A stretch of 63,070 nucleotides of DNA, counting the filler, from Chthonomonadaceae bacterium (GTDB lineage: Bacteria > Armatimonadota > Chthonomonadetes > Chthonomonadales > Chthonomonadaceae), in the NCBI GenBank assembly GCA_035650735.1. It is 3 parts of 3 records of this genome, joined end to end, with 100 filler letters (N's around TTAATTAATTAA, not from the genome) between each part and the next. Parts side by side here need not be neighbours in the genome. Positions count along the whole stretch, not along the records: positions 29,552 to 60,221 come from DASRGZ010000107.1; 2 more parts are not named here. One strand, written 5' to 3'. The notes below the pieces were generated by a model that was not told the DNA's origin, made no database searches, and saw only the letters and a program-made list of their open reading frames with translations. Made by a program: the position numbers and the translations under genes. Positions 34,474 to 43,199 of the stretch are shown piece after piece; the first letter of the stretch is position 1, and every line of letters starts with the position of its first letter.

Positions 34474-37400
34474 TCAAGGGAGCGGGGAGACTTGCGTGAC
34501 CGTCTGTGGTTTGGAAAGCCGGAGAGTCGGCTCGCCCCAGGAAGCCCAATCGGTTGTGGAGTTATCCCGCGGGCCGGCGTCGGCGATCAGACGCAGCCGC
34601 ACGCGCTGCCCCGCAAACGGAGACAGGTCGGCGCGCAGCTCCCGCCACTGCCCCTGCACGCCCATCTGCTCGGCGAGAGGATGGCGCTGTCCCTGCGCGT
34701 CTATGACCTCGACGCGAAACAGCACGCCATCGCTCACGTCGCCGCCGTCCTTAATGCCGATAGACGCATGGAATTCGGACGGCTCGGCAGGCAGAGTCAC
34801 CGGCGCCATTTCGGCCCAGGTATATCCTGTCTTGCCCAGATAGGGCGGGTGCATAAACAGACCGCTTTTGGAGACGCCGCCGACGGGCAGATCGTTGGCG
34901 GGGTAGCAGATGGCCCCGGAACCATCGGCCTCCGGTATCTCCGACTGCCCGCGCCGCGCAATGCCCCAGGCCGCGATCTGCGTGGACAGGTTGGCTAGGA
35001 CGGGATCGGCCTGCACGCGGCGCAGCCGCCAGGTTGCGGCGGATTGCGGCAGGCTCTCCACGCGAATTTGCAGCTCTCCCTCTTTGCCGGCGGGCGCGGA
35101 CGAGCGGAGTTCCGCCTGCAATGCCTGCGACGGCTGCTTTGGGTTTACTGTCAGCTGCGACGGGACGACCTGCCACCCTTCGGAGGCATGCAAAGAAACG
35201 GTGAGCGGCTGCGCGGAGAGGCCCGCCAGCTTCCAGCGCGGCAGCAGCGTCAGGCGCGTGGAACCGGCTCGCGTCTCCGTTTCCAACCGCCACTCCACCG
35301 GGCGGCAGACGCGCAGCAGCGCCTCGCGGGATTCGGTGCCGGATGTGGCGCGCAGCCGTATCCAGGTTCCGACCGGCGCATTGGCGGGGATGTACAGCGC
35401 GTTAGCGCGCACTTGGCCGCGGTCGGTCTCCCAGCGCGCTTCCGCTGTGCCCTTTACGGTCAGGAGCACGCGGCTGCCCGGAGCGGCCTCCGCAAAGGCG
35501 GGCGCAGCACTCCATGCGGGCCTGCCGGAGAACGCCAGTTCATACCGCACGCCGTCCGCCACCGGCTCGATCCAGGTCTCCGCGCCGCTGTCATGGACTT
35601 TCGCCGGGGCCAGCCGCTTGCCTGCCGCATCGTAGGCGGCGCATGCGGTGAGCACGCCGCGCCTGCCGTAAGGCCGCCGCACGACAAACGCGCCCTCGCC
35701 GGAGATATGGATAACCTGGAGACGATTATTCGGAAGCGGCGCGAGGGCAAGCGCGCCGTTGGAAGCGGCCTCCGGCGTCGCAAACCATTTCCCGCGCCCG
35801 TCCAGGTAGGTGTAGCTCGCGCTGCGCAGATAGTCCACCTTGCCGGAGTCAGAGAACGCCGAGTAGCTCAGCAGGGCTTCGGTGGGCTCGCCTGCGCCGC
35901 TCTGGTATGCCGCCCAGCCCGCGGGCGGCAGCGTGATCTCCTGCTTGCCCACGCGCACGCGCCATGCCTCGCGCGGGTGGTCGTTCAGCCACAGCTTCAG
36001 CCCGCCCGGATACTCCACGTAAAGCTGGCGGCGCGTGCGCGGTAAATCCCGCACGACGGCTTCCGAGACGCCGCAGAGCCGCGCGCCGTCCCAATAGGCG
36101 ATCCGCTGCGGCGGTTTCAGCCCATAGCGCGCCTGAACCTGTTGCAGCATATAGTAGGAGCGGCAGGTACGTGCGATGCCATGTTCCTCCTCCACCAGCC
36201 AGCCGATATGCCCGTAGGCCAGCGTGTGCAGCAGGAACCGGTCTATGGCGTAGTCAATGTTTTCCGGCGCGCGCCAGTTCGGCATGGCGTCGCAGAAGAA
36301 ACTCGTCCAGCTTACGCCGATATCGCACTCCTTGCTGTGTATCTGGTAGAGGTCAAAGACGGGCAATAGCGGCTCGGTCGCCAGAGGATGCCCGTTGTAG
36401 GCGTGGCCGTAGTTGCCGTCGGCCAGCCCGGCATAGAGCCACTGATAGGTTCCCTCGGAGAAGATAGGGCCGCCGTAGGTGCGCGAGTCGTTACGCAGCA
36501 GTTCCCCGTAGGCGTAGAAGGTCTGGGCGAGGGTTCCGGCCCCCGGCACGCGCGCATCGTAGTCGTTGTAGTTCCAGGGCGCGACCGCCGTATGCACGTC
36601 GGTGTAGGAACTATTCGAGTTGTACTTTGCCTTGATCTGCGGGGCCAGCAGCGCATCGAACTCCACCGCCCGGAGCGGCTTGAGCGCCCAGCAGCGCGGC
36701 CAGCCGCTGCGCCACTCCCCATCGGGGGCGCGCTGTACGGCGTCGGGATTCCAGTATTCATTGACCGGCGCATAGTCCGTATAGTTCGTGTATAGTCCGC
36801 TGAACCATCCGAGGCCGCGCTGATGCGCCACGTAGCGCCGCAGCGCCTCATCGCCGCCTTTCCTGGGCGCGGCGTGCAGGCGCAGGGTAAAGCTCTCCCC
36901 AGCGTCGCGCCAGGAGATCTCATGGTTGCACTGGATCAGCTTCTCGATGCCGTAGGCGCGCAGCATCTCGCTGCGCTTTTCCTGCTTCTGGTAGTCATCC
37001 GGCCCCCAGGACTCCTGCCAGAGCCGATCTGCGGCCTCGTGCGCGTGCAGCCCGACGGGATTGGGGACGGTCGGCAAGACCTCTTCCAACATGGGCGAGA
37101 CGGTCAGGAACAGCCGCTCAAAGAGCGGGTTGCGCTTGCCATCCGTGCGGGGAAGGTAGCGCACGCCGCCGTTAATGCGCGCCGTCTCCTTTCCGGAACT
37201 CTCCGCGCCGTAGAATTCCGAGCCGTTGGAGCGGTACCAGTCCGGCCACAGGGAGGTGAAGACCGGACGGCGTCCCGCGTAGGAGAGCAGCACGCCAGGG
37301 TCGGTGCCGCCGTAGGTGAGGAACGGTATGCGCACCGTGCGCGGGCTCGTCAGGCCGGTCATTTGCCCGAACGAGAGTTCCGCCGCCTGCCCGCTTCGGT

Positions 37401-38487
37401 TGATGACGTCCACGACCAGGGACTTCTGCCAGAGTCGCAGCCGCAGCGTCGTGCCGTCCTCATACTCCGCCGTGAGGATGCCGTTCTCCCGATGCGCGCG
37501 CTTTAGCCGTGCCTCTGCGGGACCCTCTGCCCTGCGCACCCCGGCCCCCTGCATCAGCGCGCCGACCGGAGCGCCGTCCACTTCCGCGCGAAGGCCGCTC
37601 AGCCCCTTCGCCGGGTCAAAGCGATAGCGCAGGCGGCAGTCCTTCCCGTCATAGTCCAGCGTGAACGTGCCGTCCTGCGCTGCCGTGACGGCGGTATGGA
37701 TCGGCCCGCCGAGATGCATCGGCAGGATCGTCTGCTCGCGGGTCGGGAAGGGCAGGCGGCCCGGCCCGGTGTTGGCTCCCGGCGACTGCCCTGCAAATAG
37801 CGTCAGGTTGCGCTGCGGGCGGGAGGCGAAATGCAGCGGAGGCAGCGGCTCGCGAAAGAAGCGCACGGAGTCGAAAAATAGCTCGCGCCACTCCGGCTGC
37901 CAGCCGCCGGCAACCTCCAGGCTCTCCAAAAACGCCGGGAAACGCAGCCCGGCGGGGAGCCTGCGGTGCAGCAGCCACCACTCCTTCCAGCGCACAATGT
38001 CTACGGGCACCTCCTGCGCTTTGCCCTCGCCGTCGCGCAGATGCAGCGTGAGGCGCACCTGCGGCGTGTCGGGCGGATTCTCCCAGTCCCAGCGGTTGCC
38101 GTAGACCCACATCTCTACCACGTCCGCGCCCTCCGGCAGGGCGACCGGCTGCGGCGGAAAGAGCAGAACGCGCGGCACGGTGGTGGGCTTGCCGTCCCCA
38201 TGATAGCGCAGCTTGCCGACCGGGCGGCCCCAAACGTCCTGCGCGCGGCTGGGTTGCAGCGCGGCCTGCGCGCCTCCCGAAACCTCCATCCTCCATCCCG
38301 CCAGGTGCGCAAACGTCAGGGTCGGCGGCGCGGGTTCCTGGCGCCCGGCCCAGACCATCTCGTAGGGCCGCTGACCGGGCGTTTCGTTCGGGTCCAGAGT
38401 AGGAATAACCGATTGGCTCATCGCGGATCCCCCGGAGAGCAGCGCCAGCAGCAATATCAGGCTTGGCTTTTGTAAGACCCGTTCCAT
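34474..38487 (-). CDS. Large secreted glycoside-hydrolase-like protein (DUF5696/GH101-GH129-like core, C-terminal NPCBM-like domain)
   Basis: Signal peptide, aromatic TIM-barrel-like core (GLYTNYTD, SSYTDVHTA, GPIFSEG), C-terminal GLFMHPPY..SDGVLFRVEV..DWASWGEP. Alternative start GTG 38502. Confidence 0.65.
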   Translation of the reverse strand: MERVLQKPSLILLLALLSGGSAMSQSVIPTLDPNETPGQRPYEMVWAGRQEPAPPTLTFAHLAGWRMEVSGGAQAALQPSRAQDVWGRPVGKLRYHGDGKPTTVPRVLLFPPQPVALPEGADVVEMWVYGNRWDWENPPDTPQVRLTLHLRDGEGKAQEVPVDIVRWKEWWLLHRRLPAGLRFPAFLESLEVAGGWQPEWRELFFDSVRFFREPLPPLHFASRPQRNLTLFAGQSPGANTGPGRLPFPTREQTILPMHLGGPIHTAVTAAQDGTFTLDYDGKDCRLRYRFDPAKGLSGLRAEVDGAPVGALMQGAGVRRAEGPAEARLKRAHRENGILTAEYEDGTTLRLRLWQKSLVVDVINRSGQAAELSFGQMTGLTSPRTVRIPFLTYGGTDPGVLLSYAGRRPVFTSLWPDWYRSNGSEFYGAESSGKETARINGGVRYLPRTDGKRNPLFERLFLTVSPMLEEVLPTVPNPVGLHAHEAADRLWQESWGPDDYQKQEKRSEMLRAYGIEKLIQCNHEISWRDAGESFTLRLHAAPRKGGDEALRRYVAHQRGLGWFSGLYTNYTDYAPVNEYWNPDAVQRAPDGEWRSGWPRCWALKPLRAVEFDALLAPQIKAKYNSNSSYTDVHTAVAPWNYNDYDARVPGAGTLAQTFYAYGELLRNDSRTYGGPIFSEGTYQWLYAGLADGNYGHAYNGHPLATEPLLPVFDLYQIHSKECDIGVSWTSFFCDAMPNWRAPENIDYAIDRFLLHTLAYGHIGWLVEEEHGIARTCRSYYMLQQVQARYGLKPPQRIAYWDGARLCGVSEAVVRDLPRTRRQLYVEYPGGLKLWLNDHPREAWRVRVGKQEITLPPAGWAAYQSGAGEPTEALLSYSAFSDSGKVDYLRSASYTYLDGRGKWFATPEAASNGALALAPLPNNRLQVIHISGEGAFVVRRPYGRRGVLTACAAYDAAGKRLAPAKVHDSGAETWIEPVADGVRYELAFSGRPAWSAAPAFAEAAPGSRVLLTVKGTAEARWETDRGQVRANALYIPANAPVGTWIRLRATSGTESREALLRVCRPVEWRLETETRAGSTRLTLLPRWKLAGLSAQPLTVSLHASEGWQVVPSQLTVNPKQPSQALQAELRSSAPAGKEGELQIRVESLPQSAATWRLRRVQADPVLANLSTQIAAWGIARRGQSEIPEADGSGAICYPANDLPVGGVSKSGLFMHPPYLGKTGYTWAEMAPVTLPAEPSEFHASIGIKDGGDVSDGVLFRVEVIDAQGQRHPLAEQMGVQGQWRELRADLSPFAGQRVRLRLIADAGPRDNSTTDWASWGEPTLRLSKPQTVTQVSPLP

Positions 38488-38591
38488 CGTATGCTTCTCC
38501 ACAAGGCCGCCTTCTTCCGAGGGATAATATTCCCCTTAGCCAGTGCGCTTCCTCCTCATTACTGTTTAACCGATAGCTCTTTCTGTCGCCC

Positions 38592-38630
38592 TTGCCAGAA
38601 ACGCTGCGTTCCTTTATAATGTATACAATA
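38592..38630 (+). promoter_or_regulatory. Sigma70 promoter and palindromic operator of the TA operon
   Basis: TTGCCA-N17-TATAAT immediately followed by the TGTATACA palindrome. Confidence 0.6.
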
Positions 38631-38689
38631 TCTAGAAAGAAAGCATCTTTAAGGAAAGCACTGTTTGCATCGTAAGGAGTGTTCTGAGC

Positions 38690-39139
38690 ATGTCACAGGT
38701 TTTAAGTCTGCGCCTCCCCGATGCCCTGGTCGAACGCCTGGATCGCTTCGCCCGTCGCCAGGGCAACCGGATGACGCGCACCAAAGCGGGACTGCTGCTG
38801 CTGGACGAGGCGCTGCGAGAGAACGAGTTTGCCAGCATTGAGTTCCGCGACTCGCCCGTAGGACGGCAGGCTTATATGAAGGATTCTGGATTGGCCGTCT
38901 GGGAAGTGATCCTGATCGCCCAGCACCATGAGATGGATGCCGAGAGGGTGGCCCACTACTTCCAGCGCCCCGTCGAATGGGTCAAGGCGGCCCTGAATTA
39001 CTACGAAGCCTATCGGGAGGAGATAGACCAGATGATTGAGGACAACCGCCTTGGCTACGACGCGCTCAAGCGCCTGCTGCCCAACCTGCGCCTGGTCGAG
39101 ATTCCGCGCGAGGTTCTCCGGGGTGAGCAGGAACTCTGA
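38690..39139 (+). CDS. Antitoxin-like protein (RHH N-terminus plus DUF433-like HTH)
   Basis: LSLRLPDALVERLDRFA, GLAVWEVI..VKAALNYYEAYREEID. Stop overlaps the toxin start (TGATG). Confidence 0.75.
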   Translation: MSQVLSLRLPDALVERLDRFARRQGNRMTRTKAGLLLLDEALRENEFASIEFRDSPVGRQAYMKDSGLAVWEVILIAQHHEMDAERVAHYFQRPVEWVKAALNYYEAYREEIDQMIEDNRLGYDALKRLLPNLRLVEIPREVLRGEQEL

Positions 39140-39516
39140 TGCTGGTCTACCTGCTGGATGAGCATCTTTCGCCGGAGATCGCCGAGCAGGTGCGCGCCAA
39201 GCGCTCGGCCATTCGCATCGAAAGCCTGCGCCACTGGCGCGAAGGGCGGCTGCTGCGCCAGAACGATGAGACGGTGCTGACCGCCGCCAGGGAAGAAGGA
39301 TTGACCCTGGTGACCTACGACCAGCGGACGATTGTGCCGCTGCTGGTGCGCTGGGGATTGCAGGAGGTCTCTCATGCAGGCGTGGTGTTCGTGGATGACC
39401 AGACGCCGGCCTCTAACGACATCGGCGGCCTGGTGCGGGCGCTGCTCGTCCATTGGGACCGGTACCACCAGGACGACTGGACCAACCGGGCCGATTATCT
39501 GCGCCCGGCTCAGTGA
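39139..39516 (+). CDS. DUF5615 PIN-like (VapC45-type) toxin
   Basis: YLLDEHLS, NDETVLTAAREEGLTLVTYD, HAGVV. Confidence 0.82.
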   Translation: MLVYLLDEHLSPEIAEQVRAKRSAIRIESLRHWREGRLLRQNDETVLTAAREEGLTLVTYDQRTIVPLLVRWGLQEVSHAGVVFVDDQTPASNDIGGLVRALLVHWDRYHQDDWTNRADYLRPAQ

Positions 39517-39763
39517 GCAAGCCTGACGGCCACAAGTGCGAAGCCCCTTCCGACTCCAGAACTCACGACGCTTTGCGGCTCGGATTTTTCGGGAAGCCAT
39601 CGGCAGGGAGCCATAACTGTATGGACGGCGCATTTGCTATCGTGTGGGGTGAGGGCAGGAATCCCTGCCCTTCCGTCGAACTCAAGTAGAGAATCGGGTT
39701 GTTACCGGGTTGTTTTTCTAGAGTGTGCCTGACCATCTCACGCGAAACGGAGAACTGTGTTCC

Positions 39764-40402
39764 ATGGCAAACCAACTTCCCGTCCCGCCGCCACCGGGCG
39801 CGATTGTCCTCTTTGACGGAACTAACCTGGATCAGTGGGTCCAGCGCCGCAGCCAGAAACCGGCTGCCTGGCCGATAGAAGAGGGCGCGATGATCACCTC
39901 CGGCGGCGACATCCTGACCCGTCAACTCTTCAAGGACTTCTACCTCCATCTGGAATTCAATGTGCCCGACTCGCCGCCCGAAGTCAGAGGGCAGGGCCGT
40001 GGTAACAGCGGCGTCTACCTCCAGGGCCGCTACGAAATCCAGGTGCTCGACTCATGGGGCATCCCCGATCCGGGCCGTGGCGACTGCGGCGCCCTGTACA
40101 ACCATGCGGCCCCACTGAGGAATGCCTGCAAGCGCCCCAACGAGTGGCAGGCCTATGATGTGGTGTTCCGCGCGCCCCGCTTCAACGAGGCGGGGAGGCT
40201 GACCGAGAAGGCCCGCGTCACCGTGTTCCACAACGGGCAGGTCATCCAGAACAATGTGGAGCTAAACGGCCAGACTGGCGGCGCGCTCGATGAGCACTAC
40301 GCCGAGCCGGGGCCGCTCCTGCTCCAGGATCACGGCAACCTGGTGCGCTTCCGCAACGTCTGGATAGTGCCGCTGCCCGCAGCAGGCGCAGACCACTACT
40401 GA
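39764..40402 (+). CDS. DUF1080 (3-keto-disaccharide hydrolase-like) protein
   Basis: LFDGTNLDQW, GNSGVYLQGRYEIQVLDS, LLLQDHGNLVRFRNVW. Confidence 0.9.
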   Translation: MANQLPVPPPPGAIVLFDGTNLDQWVQRRSQKPAAWPIEEGAMITSGGDILTRQLFKDFYLHLEFNVPDSPPEVRGQGRGNSGVYLQGRYEIQVLDSWGIPDPGRGDCGALYNHAAPLRNACKRPNEWQAYDVVFRAPRFNEAGRLTEKARVTVFHNGQVIQNNVELNGQTGGALDEHYAEPGPLLLQDHGNLVRFRNVWIVPLPAAGADHY

Positions 40403-40534
40403 GAGCCGATTAGGAAGGGGGGAATCGTCCTCTCAGAGAAAAGCCGGTTGTCGAGAGCCCCTTACGACCAAATTTAACTTGATTGCCGCGGCCCTAGGAT
40501 GATAGCGCCGGAAGCCCCGTTGTCGGGAGGCCCC

Positions 40535-40563
40535 TTTACAACCGATTGAACTCGCGTTATAAT
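40535..40563 (+). promoter_or_regulatory. Sigma70 promoter upstream of a ~160-nt leader
   Basis: TTTACA-N17-TATAAT. Confidence 0.7.
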
Positions 40564-40569
40564 GACTAT

Positions 40570-40712
40570 TGAGGACCGAGCCGGCAATCGTCGGCTTGCT
40601 GCGTACCTGTTCCCCGCCGAGACGGCTCCCCTCCGTCCGATGGCATCTGCGTCGGTGCTGCGAAAGGGGACGTGGGCAGAACTCCGTAAATCCTGGCAGG
40701 CAACCTCTGCGC
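40570..40712 (+). ncRNA. Candidate structured cis-regulatory RNA (family not recognised)
   Basis: Multi-stem fold by inspection: CGAGCCGGC/GTCGGCTTG, CTGTTC/GGGCAG, GCCG/CGGC, TCCC/GGGA, CCGATG/CGTCGG, GAGG/CCTC. Confidence 0.35.
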
Positions 40713-40728
40713 GCCCTCCAGGCGAGGA

Positions 40729-41637
40729 ATGAACTCCGTGCGCTTGCGTGTTCTTCATAGGGTGCGATATAGCTACCCGGCCCCAGCAGCCGAAAGTCAT
40801 TATGAGCTGCGCCTGATGCCGCTCAGCGATAGAAGCCAGAGCTGCCTGGATTTCCGGCTGAACGCCCTGCCGCCTGCCCGCATCACCGCCCAGGACCTAC
40901 CGTCTGGCCGCGTTCATTCTGTCCACCTGAGCGGCCCGCACAGCGAAGCCATCCTCACCGCCGAAGCGCTGGTGGTGACCTACCGGCACGACCCGTTCGC
41001 CTCGCTGCAACTGGATAGGGATGACGGCGCCTTCTACACCAATGAGGGCCTGCGCCGGCGCTACGCCGAGTATCTCCAGCCGACCGAGCAGGTGCCCTTC
41101 TCCCCGGAGGCCGACCGCATCGCATCGGTAGCCCGTCGGCAGGCAGGTATCGGCACAGCCTCGTTCCTGATCGCGCTCACGCGCCTGCTGCACCGCGTCT
41201 TCACCTATCCGCCCGATGCCGCCGCTATCCATCCCGCCCTGCAGAACGTGCTCGCCAGTCCACAGGATGCCATCCGGGACTTCGCGCATCTGATGTTGGC
41301 GGTCTGTCGGCGGCAGGGCATTCCGGCACGTTACCTCAGCGGCTACTTCTATGTCGAAGAATCTGCGGCAGGCCATCCCGAGCCCGACGCAGTGAATGCG
41401 GCTCTCGCCGTGCAGAGAGGGAATGGGCGCGCGGCCATGCACTCCTGGGTAGAATGCCTGCTGCCGAACGAACGCTGGCATGGCTTCGATCCGGCCCTCA
41501 ACCAGCTTGCCAACGACGCCTACATCAAAGTCCACTATGGGCGCGACTACAGCGATGTCGCGCCGCTGCGCGGCCTCTATCGCGGCCCACTCGCGCCTGT
41601 TGTGCATACCTCCATCCGCATCACCACCGAAAACTAA
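40729..41637 (+). CDS. Transglutaminase-like family protein lacking the catalytic Cys
   Basis: N-terminal H..RYSY..ELRLMP domain, DFAHLML..GIPARYLSGY, HSWVE, GFDP, GRDYSDVAPLRG. Confidence 0.85.
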   Translation: MNSVRLRVLHRVRYSYPAPAAESHYELRLMPLSDRSQSCLDFRLNALPPARITAQDLPSGRVHSVHLSGPHSEAILTAEALVVTYRHDPFASLQLDRDDGAFYTNEGLRRRYAEYLQPTEQVPFSPEADRIASVARRQAGIGTASFLIALTRLLHRVFTYPPDAAAIHPALQNVLASPQDAIRDFAHLMLAVCRRQGIPARYLSGYFYVEESAAGHPEPDAVNAALAVQRGNGRAAMHSWVECLLPNERWHGFDPALNQLANDAYIKVHYGRDYSDVAPLRGLYRGPLAPVVHTSIRITTEN

Positions 41638-41651
41638 TGGCCTGGCTTACC

Positions 41652-41686
41652 CGGCAGGCTAAACCCTGCCGCTTCAGGGTGAGGGC
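41652..41686. repeat. Isolated arm of the mosaic repeat (copy F)
   Basis: CGGCAGGCTAAACCCTGCCGCT followed by GGGTGAGGGC. Confidence 0.7.
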
Positions 41687-41700
41687 TATATTCACACCAG

Positions 41701-41732
41701 GGAAATCCCTAGTCCTAAGACTAGGGATTTCC
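41701..41732. other. Perfect 14-bp hairpin (terminator- or operator-like)
   Basis: GGAAATCCCTAGTC-CTAA-GACTAGGGATTTCC. Confidence 0.55.
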
Positions 41733-41857
41733 GCATTTAAGACCGGGAGGGTGCCTGATGCGTACAAGAATCCCCCGTGGGATAATGAGATAGACATTCA
41801 ATTTCAATTGCGCGGTTCATGGGCGAACTGCCAGAGCTTGATCCCTAAGGAGCGCCG

Positions 41858-42265
41858 TTGTTAATGCCACCGATTTCTATTTTGATCGCTGACGACGACG
41901 TCACAATCCGCCAATGTTTGCGCCGTATGGTAGAGGCCGACCCCCGATTCCAGGTGTGCTGGGAAGCGGATAACGGCCTGGAAGCCCTGGCGCTGGCGCA
42001 GCAGCATCGTCCGCAGGTTATCCTGTTAGATGCCCAGATGCCTCGCATGGATGGAATTGAGGCCACCCGCTGCTTGCGCCAGCACGATTATAAGACGCCT
42101 ATCCTGGTGCTCAGCGTCTATGATCAGGCGCGCGCTCAAGCGCTGGCAGCAGGAGCGACCGAGGTTATCGCCAAGGATTGCAGTTGCGACGCAATACGGG
42201 CCGCCATTCACCGGCTCACTGCCAGCTGCAATGGAGGGACGGAGAACTGCAACGGACCTCAGTAG
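41858..42265 (+). CDS. Single-domain response regulator (receiver only)
   Basis: ILIADDD, ILLDAQMPRMDGIEAT, VLSVY, AKD. AAGGAG RBS; start is TTG 41858 or ATG 41864. Confidence 0.85.
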   Translation: MLMPPISILIADDDVTIRQCLRRMVEADPRFQVCWEADNGLEALALAQQHRPQVILLDAQMPRMDGIEATRCLRQHDYKTPILVLSVYDQARAQALAAGATEVIAKDCSCDAIRAAIHRLTASCNGGTENCNGPQ

Positions 42266-42353
42266 AGTGATCGCGTTTGTGGAGGTAGAGCATTCCCGTC
42301 TATAGCTTCCAGGGCGTAGAACGGGAAAAGAAGAAGAGGGGGAGAACAGAGCT

Positions 42354-43007
42354 ATGATGAACGCCACCTTGACATCGCAGCAGGAGTTTGAAGCGCTCTT
42401 CCGGCGCAGCCAGCGCCGCGCTTATAACCTGGCCTACCGGCTCACCGGAAACGCCGCCGATGCCGAGGATGTGACGCAGGATGCTTACGTGCGCGCCTGG
42501 CATAACTTTGATACCTACGATGCCTCTCGCTCGTTCGAGGGATGGCTGTTTCGTATCATTACCAACCGCGTGATTGACCTGCGCCGCCGCCAGATGCGGG
42601 TGCCGATGTACTCGCTGGATGCGCCAGTACAGGCTGACGAGGATGGACAGCCGCTCTCCCATGAGTTTGCTGCGCCCGATAGCAACCCGGAAGAGATCCT
42701 CGTCGCCCCGATCATGGAGGAGCGCCTACAGCGAGCGCTTGCCGCCCTCCCCGCCGACTATCGCACTGCTATTCTGCTCTGCGACGTGGAGCAGCGCTCC
42801 TATCAGGAGATTGCCGACATCATGCAGTGCGCTATCGGCACGGTGCGTTCGCGCATCCATCGGGCACGCGTGATGCTGCGCAAGCATTTGGAGTCGGGAA
42901 CGGTGCCCAGGCGCGTGCGTAAGCCAGCGACCCGCAGCACCGGAGTTCCGTCCGTTGCGTCCCAGGCGCCCGTCGCCTACCCGACGTCCGCGCTGCTGGC
43001 CGCCTGA
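42354..43007 (+). CDS. ECF RNA polymerase sigma-70 factor
   Basis: DAEDVTQDAY, FEGWLFRIITN, SYQEIADIMQCAIGTVRSRIHRAR. Confidence 0.93.
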   Translation: MMNATLTSQQEFEALFRRSQRRAYNLAYRLTGNAADAEDVTQDAYVRAWHNFDTYDASRSFEGWLFRIITNRVIDLRRRQMRVPMYSLDAPVQADEDGQPLSHEFAAPDSNPEEILVAPIMEERLQRALAALPADYRTAILLCDVEQRSYQEIADIMQCAIGTVRSRIHRARVMLRKHLESGTVPRRVRKPATRSTGVPSVASQAPVAYPTSALLAA

Positions 43008-43044
43008 TAACAATGGCCTCTAGGGGCTTCCTTACTTAATAGCC

Positions 43045-43141
43045 GACGGGCCAGAAGCCCTCGTTAGAGAGCCTGTGGTTAGGTGTCCCGGCAGGGGGAG
43101 ACGGGGTCACTAAACCACAAAGCGAGGGCTTCTGGCCCGTC
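43045..43141. terminator. Long nested inverted repeat between convergent genes (bidirectional terminator or MITE)
   Basis: 19-bp perfect arms GACGGGCCAGAAGCCCTCG/CGAGGGCTTCTGGCCCGTC enclosing TGTGGTT/AACCACA. Confidence 0.55.
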
Positions 43142-43199
43142 TTAACATAAACCTGCCCACCTCTCAACCTTCTTAAGGAGAGGGTAGCCGGGCGTATGC

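Noticed and set aside
33812..34549. 582-aa XerC with a long N-terminal extension
   Set aside because: It overlaps the 157-aa gene in another frame, and a good RBS precedes GTG 33811
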